In this document: piece by piece, positions 17,722 to 27,569 of the stretch | Layout of the letters: every line of letters begins with the position of its first letter | How positions within the stretch are numbered: the first letter of the stretch is position 1 | IMG/VR virus record: IMGVR_UViG_3300005330_000014 | Coordinates: 32,001-96,000 of that record | Direction: 5' to 3' (one strand) | Length of the DNA stretch: 64,000 nt | Origin: a virus | Taxonomy: Duplodnaviria; Caudoviricetes | Position numbers and translations under genes: made by a program | Notes under the pieces: model-generated | Seen by the model: the letters and a program-made list of their open reading frames with translations, nothing else | Told to the model about the DNA's origin: nothing | Database searches by the model: none

Positions 17722-18132
17722 TTACTTCGCGGGCGTCAAAACAGCCTTTGCCGTCTTCACGTTTTTCTTTGCGACGGGCTTCGCGGCCTTTGCCTTCGAC
17801 TCCGCCGCCTTCTTTGGCTTGTTCGTGCTGCCGACGGGACGACCCGACTTCGCGGCTGCCATCTTGATGCCGCTCTCGATAGGGTACGGGATTTTCGCGT
17901 TGCCCTTGGAAGGCTCCTCGGTGAGAAACACGCGAACGAATTCCTTGCCACCCTTGTGCGTTTCATGCCGCGCGGACACGGTTGCATCCATTTGCTTCGC
18001 TCCCGTGTGAGCCATCGCGTAAATATTCGCGATTTTCTGACCGTTCACGGGAACGACGAACGATTGACCCTTCCGCATAAGGCGGAGCGTGGCGGAGATG
18101 CTGAACTTGTTTTTATTGGAGTTGTTTTTCAT
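17722..18132 (-). CDS. Basic DNA-binding protein with AT-hook-like motif and histone-H1-like tail
   Basis: SGRPVGS, Lys/Ala/Pro-rich tail. Confidence 0.6.
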   Translation of the reverse strand: MKNNSNKNKFSISATLRLMRKGQSFVVPVNGQKIANIYAMAHTGAKQMDATVSARHETHKGGKEFVRVFLTEEPSKGNAKIPYPIESGIKMAAAKSGRPVGSTNKPKKAAESKAKAAKPVAKKNVKTAKAVLTPAK

Positions 18133-18216
18133 ACTGTTATTTAGTTTTTTAGTTTAGTTGTTTGTTTCGAGTTTTTCTAGTCTTTCAAGCTAAGGGATTG
18201 AACCTTTTCTGTCACT

Positions 18217-18244
18217 ACTTTAGCACATATTGAGATTCTGTCAA
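18217..18244 (-). promoter_or_regulatory. Sigma-70-type promoter
   Basis: TTGACA-N16-TAAAGT with extended TG. Confidence 0.8.
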
Positions 18245-18297
18245 CAATTATTTTAGGAAATTTTTTGGTTATGTAATTTTCTCTGTATTTGAATTGT

Positions 18298-18522
18298 TTA
18301 AATTGTTTGTTTACTTACTTTCCAAACGGGTGCCCGCAAACAATTCTGTTTCCGAAATTTCCGCAATTCTTTCCGCTTGGCTTTCAGTCCCGCCGCAATC
18401 TTTTCATTCAAAATTCCCGTGCATGTTCCCGCTTTCAAATCTTTATAATGTTTTTGTGCAATATCCGCCGCCACAGTTCCCATGATCAAATCGTTTACCG
18501 TTGGAAGATTCTTTTTGTTCAT
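18298..18522 (-). CDS. Hypothetical protein
   Basis: Co-oriented ORF. Confidence 0.6.
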   Translation of the reverse strand: MNKKNLPTVNDLIMGTVAADIAQKHYKDLKAGTCTGILNEKIAAGLKAKRKELRKFRKQNCLRAPVWKVSKQTI

Positions 18523-18558
18523 ATTTTTAGTTTTTTTAGTGTTTGGTTTAGTTAATTA

Positions 18559-18810
18559 TTAGTTTTTAATTAAGCTGTGCCACGTTCCCTTGCCACGTCC
18601 CCGGATTTTTACCTCCAGTATTTCGGCGGGCTCAAAATTCCTCTCAATCCTCCGCATGATTTCATAAAGGTGAAAAGAATGATCCGCGCGAATCCAGAGA
18701 ATGTGCCCGCGTCCCTCGCCATCAGTAACGCGGAAAGAATAATCCCGGCATTTGTTGGCGGAACTACCGAAAACGAAAGGCAAACCTTGGGGAATAAAAG
18801 TAGTGATCAT
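18559..18810 (-). CDS. Hypothetical protein
   Basis: Co-oriented ORF. Confidence 0.6.
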   Translation of the reverse strand: MITTFIPQGLPFVFGSSANKCRDYSFRVTDGEGRGHILWIRADHSFHLYEIMRRIERNFEPAEILEVKIRGRGKGTWHSLIKN

Positions 18811-18862
18811 ATTATTTATGTATTTATGTTGATTGTTTATTTAGTTTAAGTTAGTTAATTGT

Positions 18863-19069
18863 TTAGTCTTGAAAATCGCCGTAGGGGAAACCCATATCCA
18901 TTTCTTCATCGCTGCCACGTTCCAAACATCCAGAGCAGATTGAGAAACGCGAGCCTCGGGGCACTTTCGCCCCACAAGTGCATTTCATATTGAGTTGTTC
19001 TCCAGTTTCCGCATCGAAATCGGGGCAGCAACCGGATTCATGACCGCAGCAAGGGAAATCTTCGCACAT
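18863..19069 (-). CDS. Small Cys-rich phage protein (CEDFPCCGH type)
   Basis: MCEDFPCCGH..GCC...CTCG...CSGC. Confidence 0.7.
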   Translation of the reverse strand: MCEDFPCCGHESGCCPDFDAETGEQLNMKCTCGAKVPRGSRFSICSGCLERGSDEEMDMGFPYGDFQD

Positions 19070-19112
19070 AATTTTGTTTATTTTTAAGGTTAAAGGTTAA
19101 TCTGACACAGCC

Positions 19113-19141
19113 AATTTATCAGCTATTCAATCATCCGTCAA
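19113..19141 (-). promoter_or_regulatory. Sigma-70-type promoter
   Basis: TTGACG-N17-TAAATT with extended TG. Confidence 0.75.
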
Positions 19142-19174
19142 TAGAAAAATTTAGAATTTTTTTAGCTTAGATTT

Positions 19175-19222
19175 GTACAGCAAAAAAGCCGCGCGCCTTA
19201 ACCCTGACGGGTGGACACGCGG
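19175..19222 (-). terminator. Terminator followed by TGTAC
   Basis: GCCGCG...CGCGGC, TTTTTTGCTGTAC. Confidence 0.75.
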
Positions 19223-19432
19223 CCTTTGTATTTATTTATTTAATTAAATTTTACATTCCTTGTTTCCGCGCCCATTTCTCGAATGCCTTATCGATACTCA
19301 ACTCCGCCACCTTTTCTTTTCGGTCCATCCGTTCATTTTGATTCGGGCGCGTATATTCGAGTTTTGTATTTTTGCGGGAGGTATGTTTTTTCATGAGTTA
19401 TTTTAGTTAGTAGTTATTTGTTTGTGGGAGAG

Positions 19433-19516
19433 TGGTGGCCCGCCTCGGACTCGAACCGAGAAACCTTTCGGTCAGGGATTTTAAGTCCCCCGTGTTTGCC
19501 ATTTCACCAGCGGGCC
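19433..19516 (-). tRNA. trnL: tRNA-Leu (TAA), CCA encoded
   Basis: GGCCCGC/GCGGGCC, GGGGA-CTTAAAA-TCCCT, long V-arm, A73-CCA. Confidence 0.95.
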
Positions 19517-19791
19517 AAAGTGTTTATTTAGTTAATTAAATATATGATTCTGCCCGCTGCTCCCACGCCTGCTGCTCCCACATATCATTTGCGGCTGCCA
19601 TCGTAATTGCAAGGGCTCGATCAGCTTTGCTCATGCGTCGGATTTGTTCATGCGTAAATCCCGCGCGGCTCAATTGTTTAAGTATGTAGATATTCATTAG
19701 TTTTTAGTTATAATTGATTAAACCGTTTTGAAAATCACAACGATTCCGATTGCAAGGAAGATTACAAATGGGTCCATGAGTTATTTATTAG

Positions 19792-20067
19792 TTAGTCAAT
19801 GAAAACGTGTGCATAATCCCCGTTAGGTAGTGATCCCGTAACAAAGTTCTTATTCCAAGAATTGCCCGCTTGTGGATTGCCAAATTTCTCAACATCTTCC
19901 GCCGCAAATTTTTCGCATAACTTTTGTGCCCCGTAAATATGTGCGGCATCGTGCCCGTCTACCTCCACCGGAATTGAAAGGGTAATTGAGCCGCGCGTAC
20001 AAAACGCTTTAATACGTGTTGGCTTTGTGTTTGTCCAAGGCAGGATTTTTGTTTGGATAGCTTGCAT
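19792..20067 (-). CDS. Conserved-type phage hypothetical protein
   Basis: MQAIQTK...TNTKPTRIKA N-terminus. Confidence 0.7.
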   Translation of the reverse strand: MQAIQTKILPWTNTKPTRIKAFCTRGSITLSIPVEVDGHDAAHIYGAQKLCEKFAAEDVEKFGNPQAGNSWNKNFVTGSLPNGDYAHVFID

Positions 20068-20104
20068 ATTAGTATTTAGTTAAGTAGTTAAGTTAGTTAA
20101 TTGA

Positions 20105-20341
20105 TTACTTTGATTCTTCCGTACTCCATTCAATATGATTGTTATGTTCAGTTTCGATATTGCTGATATATCCGTACTCATACAATCCGCGTTTCACGGG
20201 AATTTTGAAGTCATTTGGGCGGGTTTTCCACGTTTTCACTTTCCCGTTAACGCGGACGCGCCCGGCCAAATTGTTAATGTGATAAAGGTATTGACCGTGC
20301 TTAAGAGTGAGGGCGATTTCTTTTGTAATGTGTGGCTTCAT
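20105..20341 (-). CDS. Conserved-type phage hypothetical protein
   Basis: RVNGKVKTWKTRP..F.IPVK.GLYEY. Confidence 0.7.
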   Translation of the reverse strand: MKPHITKEIALTLKHGQYLYHINNLAGRVRVNGKVKTWKTRPNDFKIPVKRGLYEYGYISNIETEHNNHIEWSTEESK

Positions 20342-21386
20342 ATTTCCAATTTAAATCAGATTTTGTGCCGTAACAAGGATTATTTCTAAAAATGTTTTTA
20401 CAGAGAAAAATGCGGTTTTTGAATGGTTTTAAAGTCTTTTGAATCCGCGCGGCCAAGTTCTGTTTACTTTCAGGCGGATTTTTTAAGTTTTTCGCGGCTT
20501 TTATTAGTACTTTTACCAAAACTGATTACTTTTTTCTGATTTTTTAGTATAGTATTTAACCCAACAAGCGCCAACGTAACCAAGATACTATCCCAGAATA
20601 TCCAGAGGATTAAAGAAATCATATAGTTATATTAAGAATTATTAAGAGTTATATTAAAGTTAATTAGTTATTACCTTTAATCGCGGGGATTCTCGAATTT
20701 TGTTCACACCGATGATACGCGCGCATACATGCAGAACGAAAAACATCATTAGGTGCCCGCTTTGCCAAATCCAAATATTTTGCCGCGAGAATTTTCTGCT
20801 CGTTGCGGAATATATTAAATCCGCCCGGCTAATCTTGTCAATAGGATTTTTCAAGAAAAAGATTTAGGAAAAATTATTCATTTTTATTGTTTAAATCGCG
20901 CGGCTTTACGTTTTAAATGTGTAAATATAATAGTTAAAGTTAATTATTTAAGTAGTATTGTTATTAGTATTGGATTCGCTCCGTCGCCCTAACGCTAATT
21001 AACCCTAAACGAAAAAGTAGATAACCTAAACAAAGATATATTAAACTGTTAGTATAAGCCAGCTTTTAAAAGCAATTACGACTTATATTAAATTTTTTTT
21101 GTTTATTAAGTAGCTACACTTAGACAAAATGAACATGCCAAAATAATAATAATACAGAAAACTACAAACCAAAATGTTTCTTCATTATTCATATAATTGT
21201 TGAATTATCAGAGTAAAATAGTTAATTGGAAAATTATTAAATAGTATCCGTAAGGATGATTATTAAGAAAAGGAATAAAATAAGAAGGGGAAGACTATAA
21301 TTTTTATTACAAATTTTGTTTAAATCTTAGTTAATTAGCTTGTTTTTCTATTATCTTTTTTATTATCTATATCTATCCTAGTTATT

Positions 21387-21617
21387 CTAGTTTATTTCTA
21401 ATTTAATATGCATTGTATCCGCCATACTTTGATCAAACCTATTTCTTCTCATAAAGACTTTTAATGTTTGAACTTTAAAGGCATCATCTGGGATTGTAAG
21501 ATCACTAAATGGTTTGTCCGCCGAGATTGTTTCTGCTCCTACTGTAAAAACTATTTTAGTGGCCCCGCATTCTGATTGCGCGCGTTTCAGTAATTTAATA
21601 AGTTTATTGATTTCCAT
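21387..21617 (-). CDS. Hypothetical protein
   Basis: Co-oriented ORF. Confidence 0.6.
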   Translation of the reverse strand: MEINKLIKLLKRAQSECGATKIVFTVGAETISADKPFSDLTIPDDAFKVQTLKVFMRRNRFDQSMADTMHIKLEIN

Positions 21618-21822
21618 ATTCTTTATTTTTATTTATTTCTTCTTATTCTTCTTAATTACTTTTGTTATTTCTCTCTTTACCTTAATATCACAAACCACTT
21701 TCTTATTATTACTTACCTCGATTAATTCCTTATTAATCCATTTATAAGTAAACTTAGGGAATATTCTTTTTAACTCGTCCACCAGAGTAATTTGAGCGCG
21801 CGGCTTCATATTATTTTAGTTT

Positions 21823-22026
21823 TTACTCTGGTTTATTAATTAGTTTTTTAATTCCATATTCTATCCCATCATAACATCCTACGATAACTTTTTCCATTAA
21901 TTCTCCAGTTATATTATTCCAGTAAACTGAGCCGCCCGTAGTTTCGCCCACAAATTCCCATTCTTCTTTCTCTAATAGTTTATCGCCTTCTTCTTTAGAA
22001 ATAATTTGTTCTTCAGAGTAATTCAT
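21823..22026 (-). CDS. Hypothetical protein
   Basis: Co-oriented ORF. Confidence 0.6.
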   Translation of the reverse strand: MNYSEEQIISKEEGDKLLEKEEWEFVGETTGGSVYWNNITGELMEKVIVGCYDGIEYGIKKLINKPE

Positions 22027-22055
22027 AAAATTTATTGTTTTTCCTTAGTTATTTC

Positions 22056-22286
22056 TTACTTATTTAAATCTTTAAATCCTTCAAGGGCGAAACCAAATCC
22101 AAGTATTGAAATTCCAAAACCATAATAGTTATCTTTTATATCTGTAGCCGCGCGAATTACAGTGTCCAACTTAATATAATTGTCCGCGCGGCTTATTAAG
22201 AATGAAGGATAAAGTAATTGGAATTTTATTTTGATATTGCGGGGACTTCTGAGGTAGAAAGTCTTATGACCAGTTGAATGAATCAT
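22056..22286 (-). CDS. Hypothetical protein
   Basis: Co-oriented ORF. Confidence 0.55.
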   Translation of the reverse strand: MIHSTGHKTFYLRSPRNIKIKFQLLYPSFLISRADNYIKLDTVIRAATDIKDNYYGFGISILGFGFALEGFKDLNK

Positions 22287-22529
22287 ATCATTTTTTCTCT
22301 GTAATATACCATTTACTTAGTTTGTTTAATTCTCTAATTGATTTGATTGCCTTTTTATATCTTTTAACTTTAAGATTAAAAATCCAATTATTCCAAATTG
22401 TTATGAATATGTCAATCATATTGTATTGTTTATTAGTTAAAACACCATCTATCTAAAATATCATTTTGATACTCGCCACGAATCCAACCGCCCAAATTAT
22501 CAGAGTAATTAGTATGTCTAGTCTCATGA

Positions 22530-22763
22530 TTATTTTTTTAAACTATCCCAAATACGCGCGGCCTCTTCATGATTTTCAGCAACCATATCAGCATAGAAAT
22601 CTACGTCGCAATTTTCTAAGCAATAATAAGTTAATTGTTTCCCGTTGTATTGCGGTTTATAAATCACTTTCTCAATCCTAGACTGAATAATTGATTGATC
22701 CCAAATACCAAAAACTACATCGCCAACTTGGAATCGGGCGCGTTGAAGTACTGTCATTTTCAT
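22530..22763 (-). CDS. Hypothetical protein
   Basis: Co-oriented ORF. Confidence 0.6.
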   Translation of the reverse strand: MKMTVLQRARFQVGDVVFGIWDQSIIQSRIEKVIYKPQYNGKQLTYYCLENCDVDFYADMVAENHEEAARIWDSLKK

Positions 22764-22893
22764 AATTTTTATTGATTTTTTTGTTTAGTTATTTTCTTCT
22801 GCCGTTAGGCTATCTCTGTAATCCGCCGCCGCGTGGCTTTATATATGTCCACCAATTCTCTTATTGTTTAGTTATTTGGAGTTTGTAATGAGG

Positions 22894-23202
22894 TTAATCA
22901 ATGTGCTGATTAATTATTGCTGCGATGTCGCCCAAGGATGCCCTGACTGAATTAGGTCCATGTCCATGCTCGCAAATTATAAAACTGTCTTGCAGATGTT
23001 GAGCGAGCGTGGCCACGTTTGGTCTTTCACTTTCTTCTTTAACTTTATCTTCCAAGTCTTTATTATACTTGTTTATTGAATTTACAATTTCATTATGAAT
23101 TGGTAATGTAACTCTATAGAAAATCGATGGAATCGCAAACCATATTAGCCGCGCGATTAATCCTAGTATCTTCAATAACAATTGAAATTGAGTATTATTC
23201 AT
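22894..23202 (-). CDS. Hypothetical protein
   Basis: Co-oriented ORF. Confidence 0.6.
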   Translation of the reverse strand: MNNTQFQLLLKILGLIARLIWFAIPSIFYRVTLPIHNEIVNSINKYNKDLEDKVKEESERPNVATLAQHLQDSFIICEHGHGPNSVRASLGDIAAIINQHID

Positions 23203-23237
23203 AATAGTTTTTAATTAGCTAGTTTTTAAATATTTTA

Positions 23238-23576
23238 TTATCGTTCGTCAATCATATGGGCTGAATATGTAGCTTTTGCAGTAAAGCCGCGCGGCGGCAA
23301 TTGTACCCGCTTACCTTTACAACAATGACTTTCGCAGAAGTAACCCGTTTTCTTTGCGCGGCTCAAATCTTTTTTATCCACAAAGTTTCGTATGTATACT
23401 TGTTTAGTTTTTAAATTAATTTGAATGCGAGCCATTTCTCCACAACTCCCATATTCAACAATCGCAAAATGAGTAAATCCTGATTGTTTCCAGTCAGGAG
23501 ATACAATCTCACATATTAGCAATACTTTTAAATTGTCGCCACCGATTCCGCGCGGATTACTAAGTTTGATATTCAT
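23238..23576 (-). CDS. Hypothetical protein
   Basis: Co-oriented ORF. Confidence 0.65.
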   Translation of the reverse strand: MNIKLSNPRGIGGDNLKVLLICEIVSPDWKQSGFTHFAIVEYGSCGEMARIQINLKTKQVYIRNFVDKKDLSRAKKTGYFCESHCCKGKRVQLPPRGFTAKATYSAHMIDER

Positions 23577-23610
23577 ATCATTATATAAGTAGTATAATAT
23601 AGTTTGTTAG

Positions 23611-23805
23611 TCAGTCAGTTAATTTATGGATATCAGGGATTTTAGAATGCAGTTTTAAGTACGAGTTGTGACTATTAACGCGGAATTCAATCATTGAATC
23701 GTCAGTAAAGTAAATACCTACCCAATCGCCGTCTAGCCCAACTTGGGCAGTATCCGCACGGACTTCTTTAATTGTTTTACCTTTAAGCTGATCAAATAAA
23801 TGCAT
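23611..23805 (-). CDS. Hypothetical protein
   Basis: Co-oriented ORF. Confidence 0.6.
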   Translation of the reverse strand: MHLFDQLKGKTIKEVRADTAQVGLDGDWVGIYFTDDSMIEFRVNSHNSYLKLHSKIPDIHKLTD

Positions 23806-23822
23806 ATGATTAGTTAGTTTAA

Positions 23823-24614
23823 TTACTTAGCCAAATACAGCCATTGGCACCCGGGGGACTTCAATTGTTTCAATACTTTAACTGCACATTCAGCAATTTT
23901 ACTTAGTAGTTTATCAGTAATTTTGAAACAGTCGGGAATATTTTCAATTAGTTCGGTAGGGTAAGGATATTTATTAATCAAGTTATGCTGTAGCTGATCA
24001 AATTCATCATTATAACCACCCAAATCACGCAAATAATTATTCAGTTTAACTACTTGTTTGGATTTGATTTTAGGAGATTTCATCGATTTCAATCCAAGCA
24101 GTGTTTTAACTTGTTTTAATAATCTTTGATACTCGCTAAATTCATCATTTTCCATTCTATCCCAGCCCTTATTTTTCTTTTTCAATTCTTTATCAACTAC
24201 TTCTTTAATTTTTGGCAGCAAAATTTCTGTAAATAGCAGTTTAGATAGTAATTCATTAAAATCATCTCCATCAAGCATATCACTGCCCAATTGCGCGATT
24301 GCCACCCGTTTCAAGCCTTGGGCGCGGGCCTGTTTAGATGACCATTTCAAATCATTTAATTGTATTTTAAAATCCCTAACGTCTGGATGCACGCAATCAG
24401 GTTTATCATTATGAGGCAAACCCATTGCGTAATTAACGGCGGCTTCAACGCACATTTGACCCTTGCGCGGGCGACCTAATCCACAGGACAAACCAAAAGA
24501 TAATACTTTAACTACTCGTTGAGCAGTATCTTTAGTGGGCGTTTCCACTTCTTCACTCGGGCGCAAGTCAGAGAATTTAACGTTAGTGTGAGTCTTGGTA
24601 TTGGATGTTTTCAT
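23823..24614 (-). CDS. Conserved phage hypothetical protein
   Basis: GLG.P..G.MCVEAAV.YA.GLPH.D.P.CV...LND..WSS..ARA.GL.R.AIAQLGS block recalled from other phages. Confidence 0.75.
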   Translation of the reverse strand: MKTSNTKTHTNVKFSDLRPSEEVETPTKDTAQRVVKVLSFGLSCGLGRPRKGQMCVEAAVNYAMGLPHNDKPDCVHPDVRDFKIQLNDLKWSSKQARAQGLKRVAIAQLGSDMLDGDDFNELLSKLLFTEILLPKIKEVVDKELKKKNKGWDRMENDEFSEYQRLLKQVKTLLGLKSMKSPKIKSKQVVKLNNYLRDLGGYNDEFDQLQHNLINKYPYPTELIENIPDCFKITDKLLSKIAECAVKVLKQLKSPGCQWLYLAK

Positions 24615-24854
24615 TGATTTGTTTGTTTTTATTTATTGCGGTTAATTAGTTAGGTTTAGTTAATTAATTCTTTTCACTTCAACTTCAATATCCCAAACGG
24701 GCGCGAGTTCGTTAAGGATATAAGCATAACCAATTCGTCGGAGGCGCGCGGGCTTAGATTCGCGCGGATTCGTGATGATGAAAAACCAAATTAGGAAAAG
24801 AATTTCACCGAATAGATAGAATAGAATGAATGAGAGCATAGTTAAGTTAGTGAA

Positions 24855-25127
24855 TTAGTTAATATTTGTAGTAATATATCCCCAAACATCCGTTTTGGGT
24901 GAGTGTCCATCGCCCGATTTCAAATAGCACAAATCCAAATATTTGTTTGGCGTGCCATTTCGCTGATTAAATACTTGAATGGTTGCTAATTGTTTGCCTA
25001 TTGAGTCTAACCAAGCTTTTTCATTTAGTTTTTTAACTTCAAAGGCCGCGCGGGCCTCTTCCATCGAAACAAACATAACGCTGGCGGGATATTTTTCAGG
25101 GTAAACGATTGCTTTATCTTTATCCAT
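24855..25127 (-). CDS. Hypothetical protein
   Basis: Co-oriented ORF. Confidence 0.6.
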   Translation of the reverse strand: MDKDKAIVYPEKYPASVMFVSMEEARAAFEVKKLNEKAWLDSIGKQLATIQVFNQRNGTPNKYLDLCYLKSGDGHSPKTDVWGYITTNIN

Positions 25128-25154
25128 AAAACAAAATTAGTTATTTATTGAATC

Positions 25155-25397
25155 TTATTGAATCAACCATTTGAAAGCTGCTTCGTCGCCCGGCTGCGCG
25201 GACAATTTCAGAGAATGAGATTCTCCAAAACACTTAATTACTGATTTATAACCCGGAGTTATTTCGATAAATCCCGCACTAATGGGCGTCCAACCTTGGA
25301 ATTTCCGCGCGAAGTCCGCGTGTTCAATCCACTTGGGGAAAATGAAACCGTCAAAGCCCGTTGTTCCTTCAAATATGATATATTTACCTGATTGCAT
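25155..25397 (-). CDS. Hypothetical protein
   Basis: H.DFA...PISAGF...C.GES.SL.L motif. Confidence 0.65.
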   Translation of the reverse strand: MQSGKYIIFEGTTGFDGFIFPKWIEHADFARKFQGWTPISAGFIEITPGYKSVIKCFGESHSLKLSAQPGDEAAFKWLIQ

Positions 25398-25419
25398 GAT
25401 TTTTAATGATTTAATTTAT

Positions 25420-25608
25420 TTAGCGTTCAGCGTCAACAAGCTCCCCATATTCCCTTGCCAACAAGACAAGAGTTTCTCCCATCTTTTTATGATCGTACGC
25501 CCGAAATGCGGCAGTATATTTCATAGCTGGAAATTTAATTGTTATTTCCGTGGGGTTTTTGGAGTCGATTAGTATTTCAGCTTTGAGAGTAATGATAGAG
25601 CGAGCCAT
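25420..25608 (-). CDS. Hypothetical protein
   Basis: Co-oriented ORF. Confidence 0.6.
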   Translation of the reverse strand: MARSIITLKAEILIDSKNPTEITIKFPAMKYTAAFRAYDHKKMGETLVLLAREYGELVDAER

Positions 25609-25644
25609 AGAATTTAGTTAATTAAAGTTATTTGAATTGTTTAG

Positions 25645-26055
25645 TTATTCAGCACGATCATTAATTTTAATTGGATTACTAAAGAATCGACTGTCACCCG
25701 TCCAAACGAAATTACCGCCGAACATCGTCCATTTACCAGAGACAATCAAAGAAACAGGAATCGCGCGGAGTCGAATGCCGTAGCACATATCTTGTACAAT
25801 AATGAAATCGTCATTAAATCCTTGTTTAGCTAAATCATTAGCTAGATTCCTAGCCTCTATTTGAGAGTAACCAAGAGCTTCGCAGCCGCGCGTGTTCAAG
25901 CTAAGTGAATCCGGGGCGGAAGTCCGTTCAGCTTTATAATGACAATCAACCGTTTTAGAGCGTTTAGATACTCCATTTTTGCTACCATCACCATAATCAG
26001 AGCGATAGATATCAGCGGGCAGGCAAGGAGTTTTAGAAGAGAAACGAATTTTCAT
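25645..26055 (-). CDS. Conserved-type phage hypothetical protein (likely leaderless)
   Basis: MFGGNFVWTGDSRF...IND R motif; ATG 6 nt after -10 box. Confidence 0.7.
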   Translation of the reverse strand: MKIRFSSKTPCLPADIYRSDYGDGSKNGVSKRSKTVDCHYKAERTSAPDSLSLNTRGCEALGYSQIEARNLANDLAKQGFNDDFIIVQDMCYGIRLRAIPVSLIVSGKWTMFGGNFVWTGDSRFFSNPIKINDRAE

Positions 26056-26061
26056 ACCTTT

Positions 26062-26090
26062 ATCTTAAATTGTTTGGCGGAATCAGTCAA
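26062..26090 (-). promoter_or_regulatory. Sigma-70-type promoter
   Basis: TTGACT-N17-TAAGAT. Confidence 0.7.
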
Positions 26091-26124
26091 GGATTAATTT
26101 TCTTTAAATTCGTCTTTGATTTTC

Positions 26125-26487
26125 TTAATAATTTGAATCTTGTCCGTTAGTTTTCTTAATTTGTTTAGTTACTTTCTTGGCTTTAGCCGCCGTTTTAATG
26201 ACACTTTCGCGCGGCTCAAATTCATAAGTTACTTTATCAATAGTTATTTGTTTAATACCGTCAACAGAGATATTCCGATAGTCTTGAACTGAAGTATCAA
26301 AAACAGTAATTAACTTATAATCTTTTGGTTTATAAGGTTGTTGCCCGCCTTGTAAATGAGCAGTGACATGACGCCTGCATACCATCTTTCTTTCTTCCCC
26401 CGTGCTGCGTTTGATAAATACAACTGAAAAGATACGATTGCCCGCCGCATCAATTGCCGCTTTGATATTTTCGTAATTTGGTTTCAT
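26125..26487 (-). CDS. SH3-barrel WYL_2/DUF2693-like protein
   Basis: FSVVFIKRSTGEERKMVC...LITVFD....YRNI pattern. Confidence 0.55.
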   Translation of the reverse strand: MKPNYENIKAAIDAAGNRIFSVVFIKRSTGEERKMVCRRHVTAHLQGGQQPYKPKDYKLITVFDTSVQDYRNISVDGIKQITIDKVTYEFEPRESVIKTAAKAKKVTKQIKKTNGQDSNY

Positions 26488-26535
26488 AACTTACTTATTA
26501 TTTTAATTATTTTAATTGTTTAGTTAGTTAATTAG

Positions 26536-26621
26536 TGAGAAGCGGGACTACCACCCCGTTTATTGCTCTTGGGCTTTCAGGCTGATTTCTCGAAGTTCTA
26601 GCCTTTTCATCCCGCTTCTCA
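26536..26621 (-). ncRNA. Three-way-junction RNA in 5' leader of WYL_2-like gene
   Basis: 12-bp closing stem TGAGAAGCGGGA/TCCCGCTTCTCA with two inner stems. Confidence 0.55.
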
Positions 26622-26624
26622 AAT

Positions 26625-26942
26625 CTAGTCTAGACTATCGGGCGCGTTAGTCAAGCACTTTTTATTTCGGCAAATATATCTATTTTTCTTTTTGTTAAAG
26701 TTACCTTCACGGTGACAGTCGGGGCATTCATCTTCAAACAAAGCAATTTTAATAGAAGTACCTGAAATATTCCGCAATGCTTCCATAAATTGACTCCGGT
26801 AAATCGCGCGGCTTTCAATGTCCATGAAGGGGAAATGCGTTTCAATTTCCACACCAGTAGCTTCCAATCCAACGCTTCTGTCCCCATCATTTGCTTCAAT
26901 AAATAGTTTAAATGAAGTGTTGGAACGTTTATTTGTTTTCAT
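26625..26942 (-). CDS. Hypothetical Zn-binding protein
   Basis: CPDC...CRNKKC. Confidence 0.65.
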   Translation of the reverse strand: MKTNKRSNTSFKLFIEANDGDRSVGLEATGVEIETHFPFMDIESRAIYRSQFMEALRNISGTSIKIALFEDECPDCHREGNFNKKKNRYICRNKKCLTNAPDSLD

Positions 26943-26953
26943 TTGTGTGTTAT

Positions 26954-27205
26954 TTAGTTCTTAAAATAGTTATTCATATAAGTCTTAAGATGATCGTCAT
27001 TGCAAGTTCGATATACTTCATCCATTAGTTTTTTGTTCGGCCACAATTTATTTTGAGCCGCGCATTTTGGACTCGTTAAAGCAAGGTGAAGAATCCTCCA
27101 ACGGACGCTCGGGGGAATCACTTTGATTTTATGAGGATTGCAGAGCGCAACCGCTTTATCCATCGCCTTATCTAACTTCTCTTTTAATTGTCCTTGAATT
27201 TTCAT
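26954..27205 (-). CDS. Hypothetical protein
   Basis: YRTCNDDHL motif. Confidence 0.65.
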   Translation of the reverse strand: MKIQGQLKEKLDKAMDKAVALCNPHKIKVIPPSVRWRILHLALTSPKCAAQNKLWPNKKLMDEVYRTCNDDHLKTYMNNYFKN

Positions 27206-27226
27206 AATATTTAAAGAATTAATTAG

Positions 27227-27544
27227 TTAAACTATTTCACTTTCCAATTTGATTAACTTTTTAAGCAATTCTCCGCCGATGCATGAGTAAAGAGAGTGAC
27301 TGTCTTCTTCGCGTTGCTGACTGATTGCCCAAGCTTTATTTTCGGGGATATTATAAGTATATTCACAATCTTTTAAATGATGAACATTAGCCGTGCCAAC
27401 AAATTGTTCTTCATCCAACCTTTCTTGCTCGGCGCTTTCAACCGTCATTGTCATTGCGTCCAATGTTTCCTTGGGGAAGTAGCCACGCGCGGCTGCCCAT
27501 TGGAGAGTTTCCATTTCGGCATTTGAAAGAGTGATTTGATACAT
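27227..27544 (-). CDS. Hypothetical protein
   Basis: Co-oriented ORF. Confidence 0.65.
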   Translation of the reverse strand: MYQITLSNAEMETLQWAAARGYFPKETLDAMTMTVESAEQERLDEEQFVGTANVHHLKDCEYTYNIPENKAWAISQQREEDSHSLYSCIGGELLKKLIKLESEIV

Positions 27545-27569
27545 TGTATTATTTAGTTAATTATTTAGA

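Noticed and set aside
20301-20519. 72-aa TTG-start ORF
   Set aside because: Overlaps 20105-20341; the region is better explained by a 50-aa ORF (20470-20622) in another frame
22270-22527. Possible TAG read-through (MRLDIL...IF*IDG...) suggesting stop-codon recoding
   Set aside because: A separate ATG with an A-rich leader follows the stop; long genes are intact in code 11 and no suppressor tRNA was found
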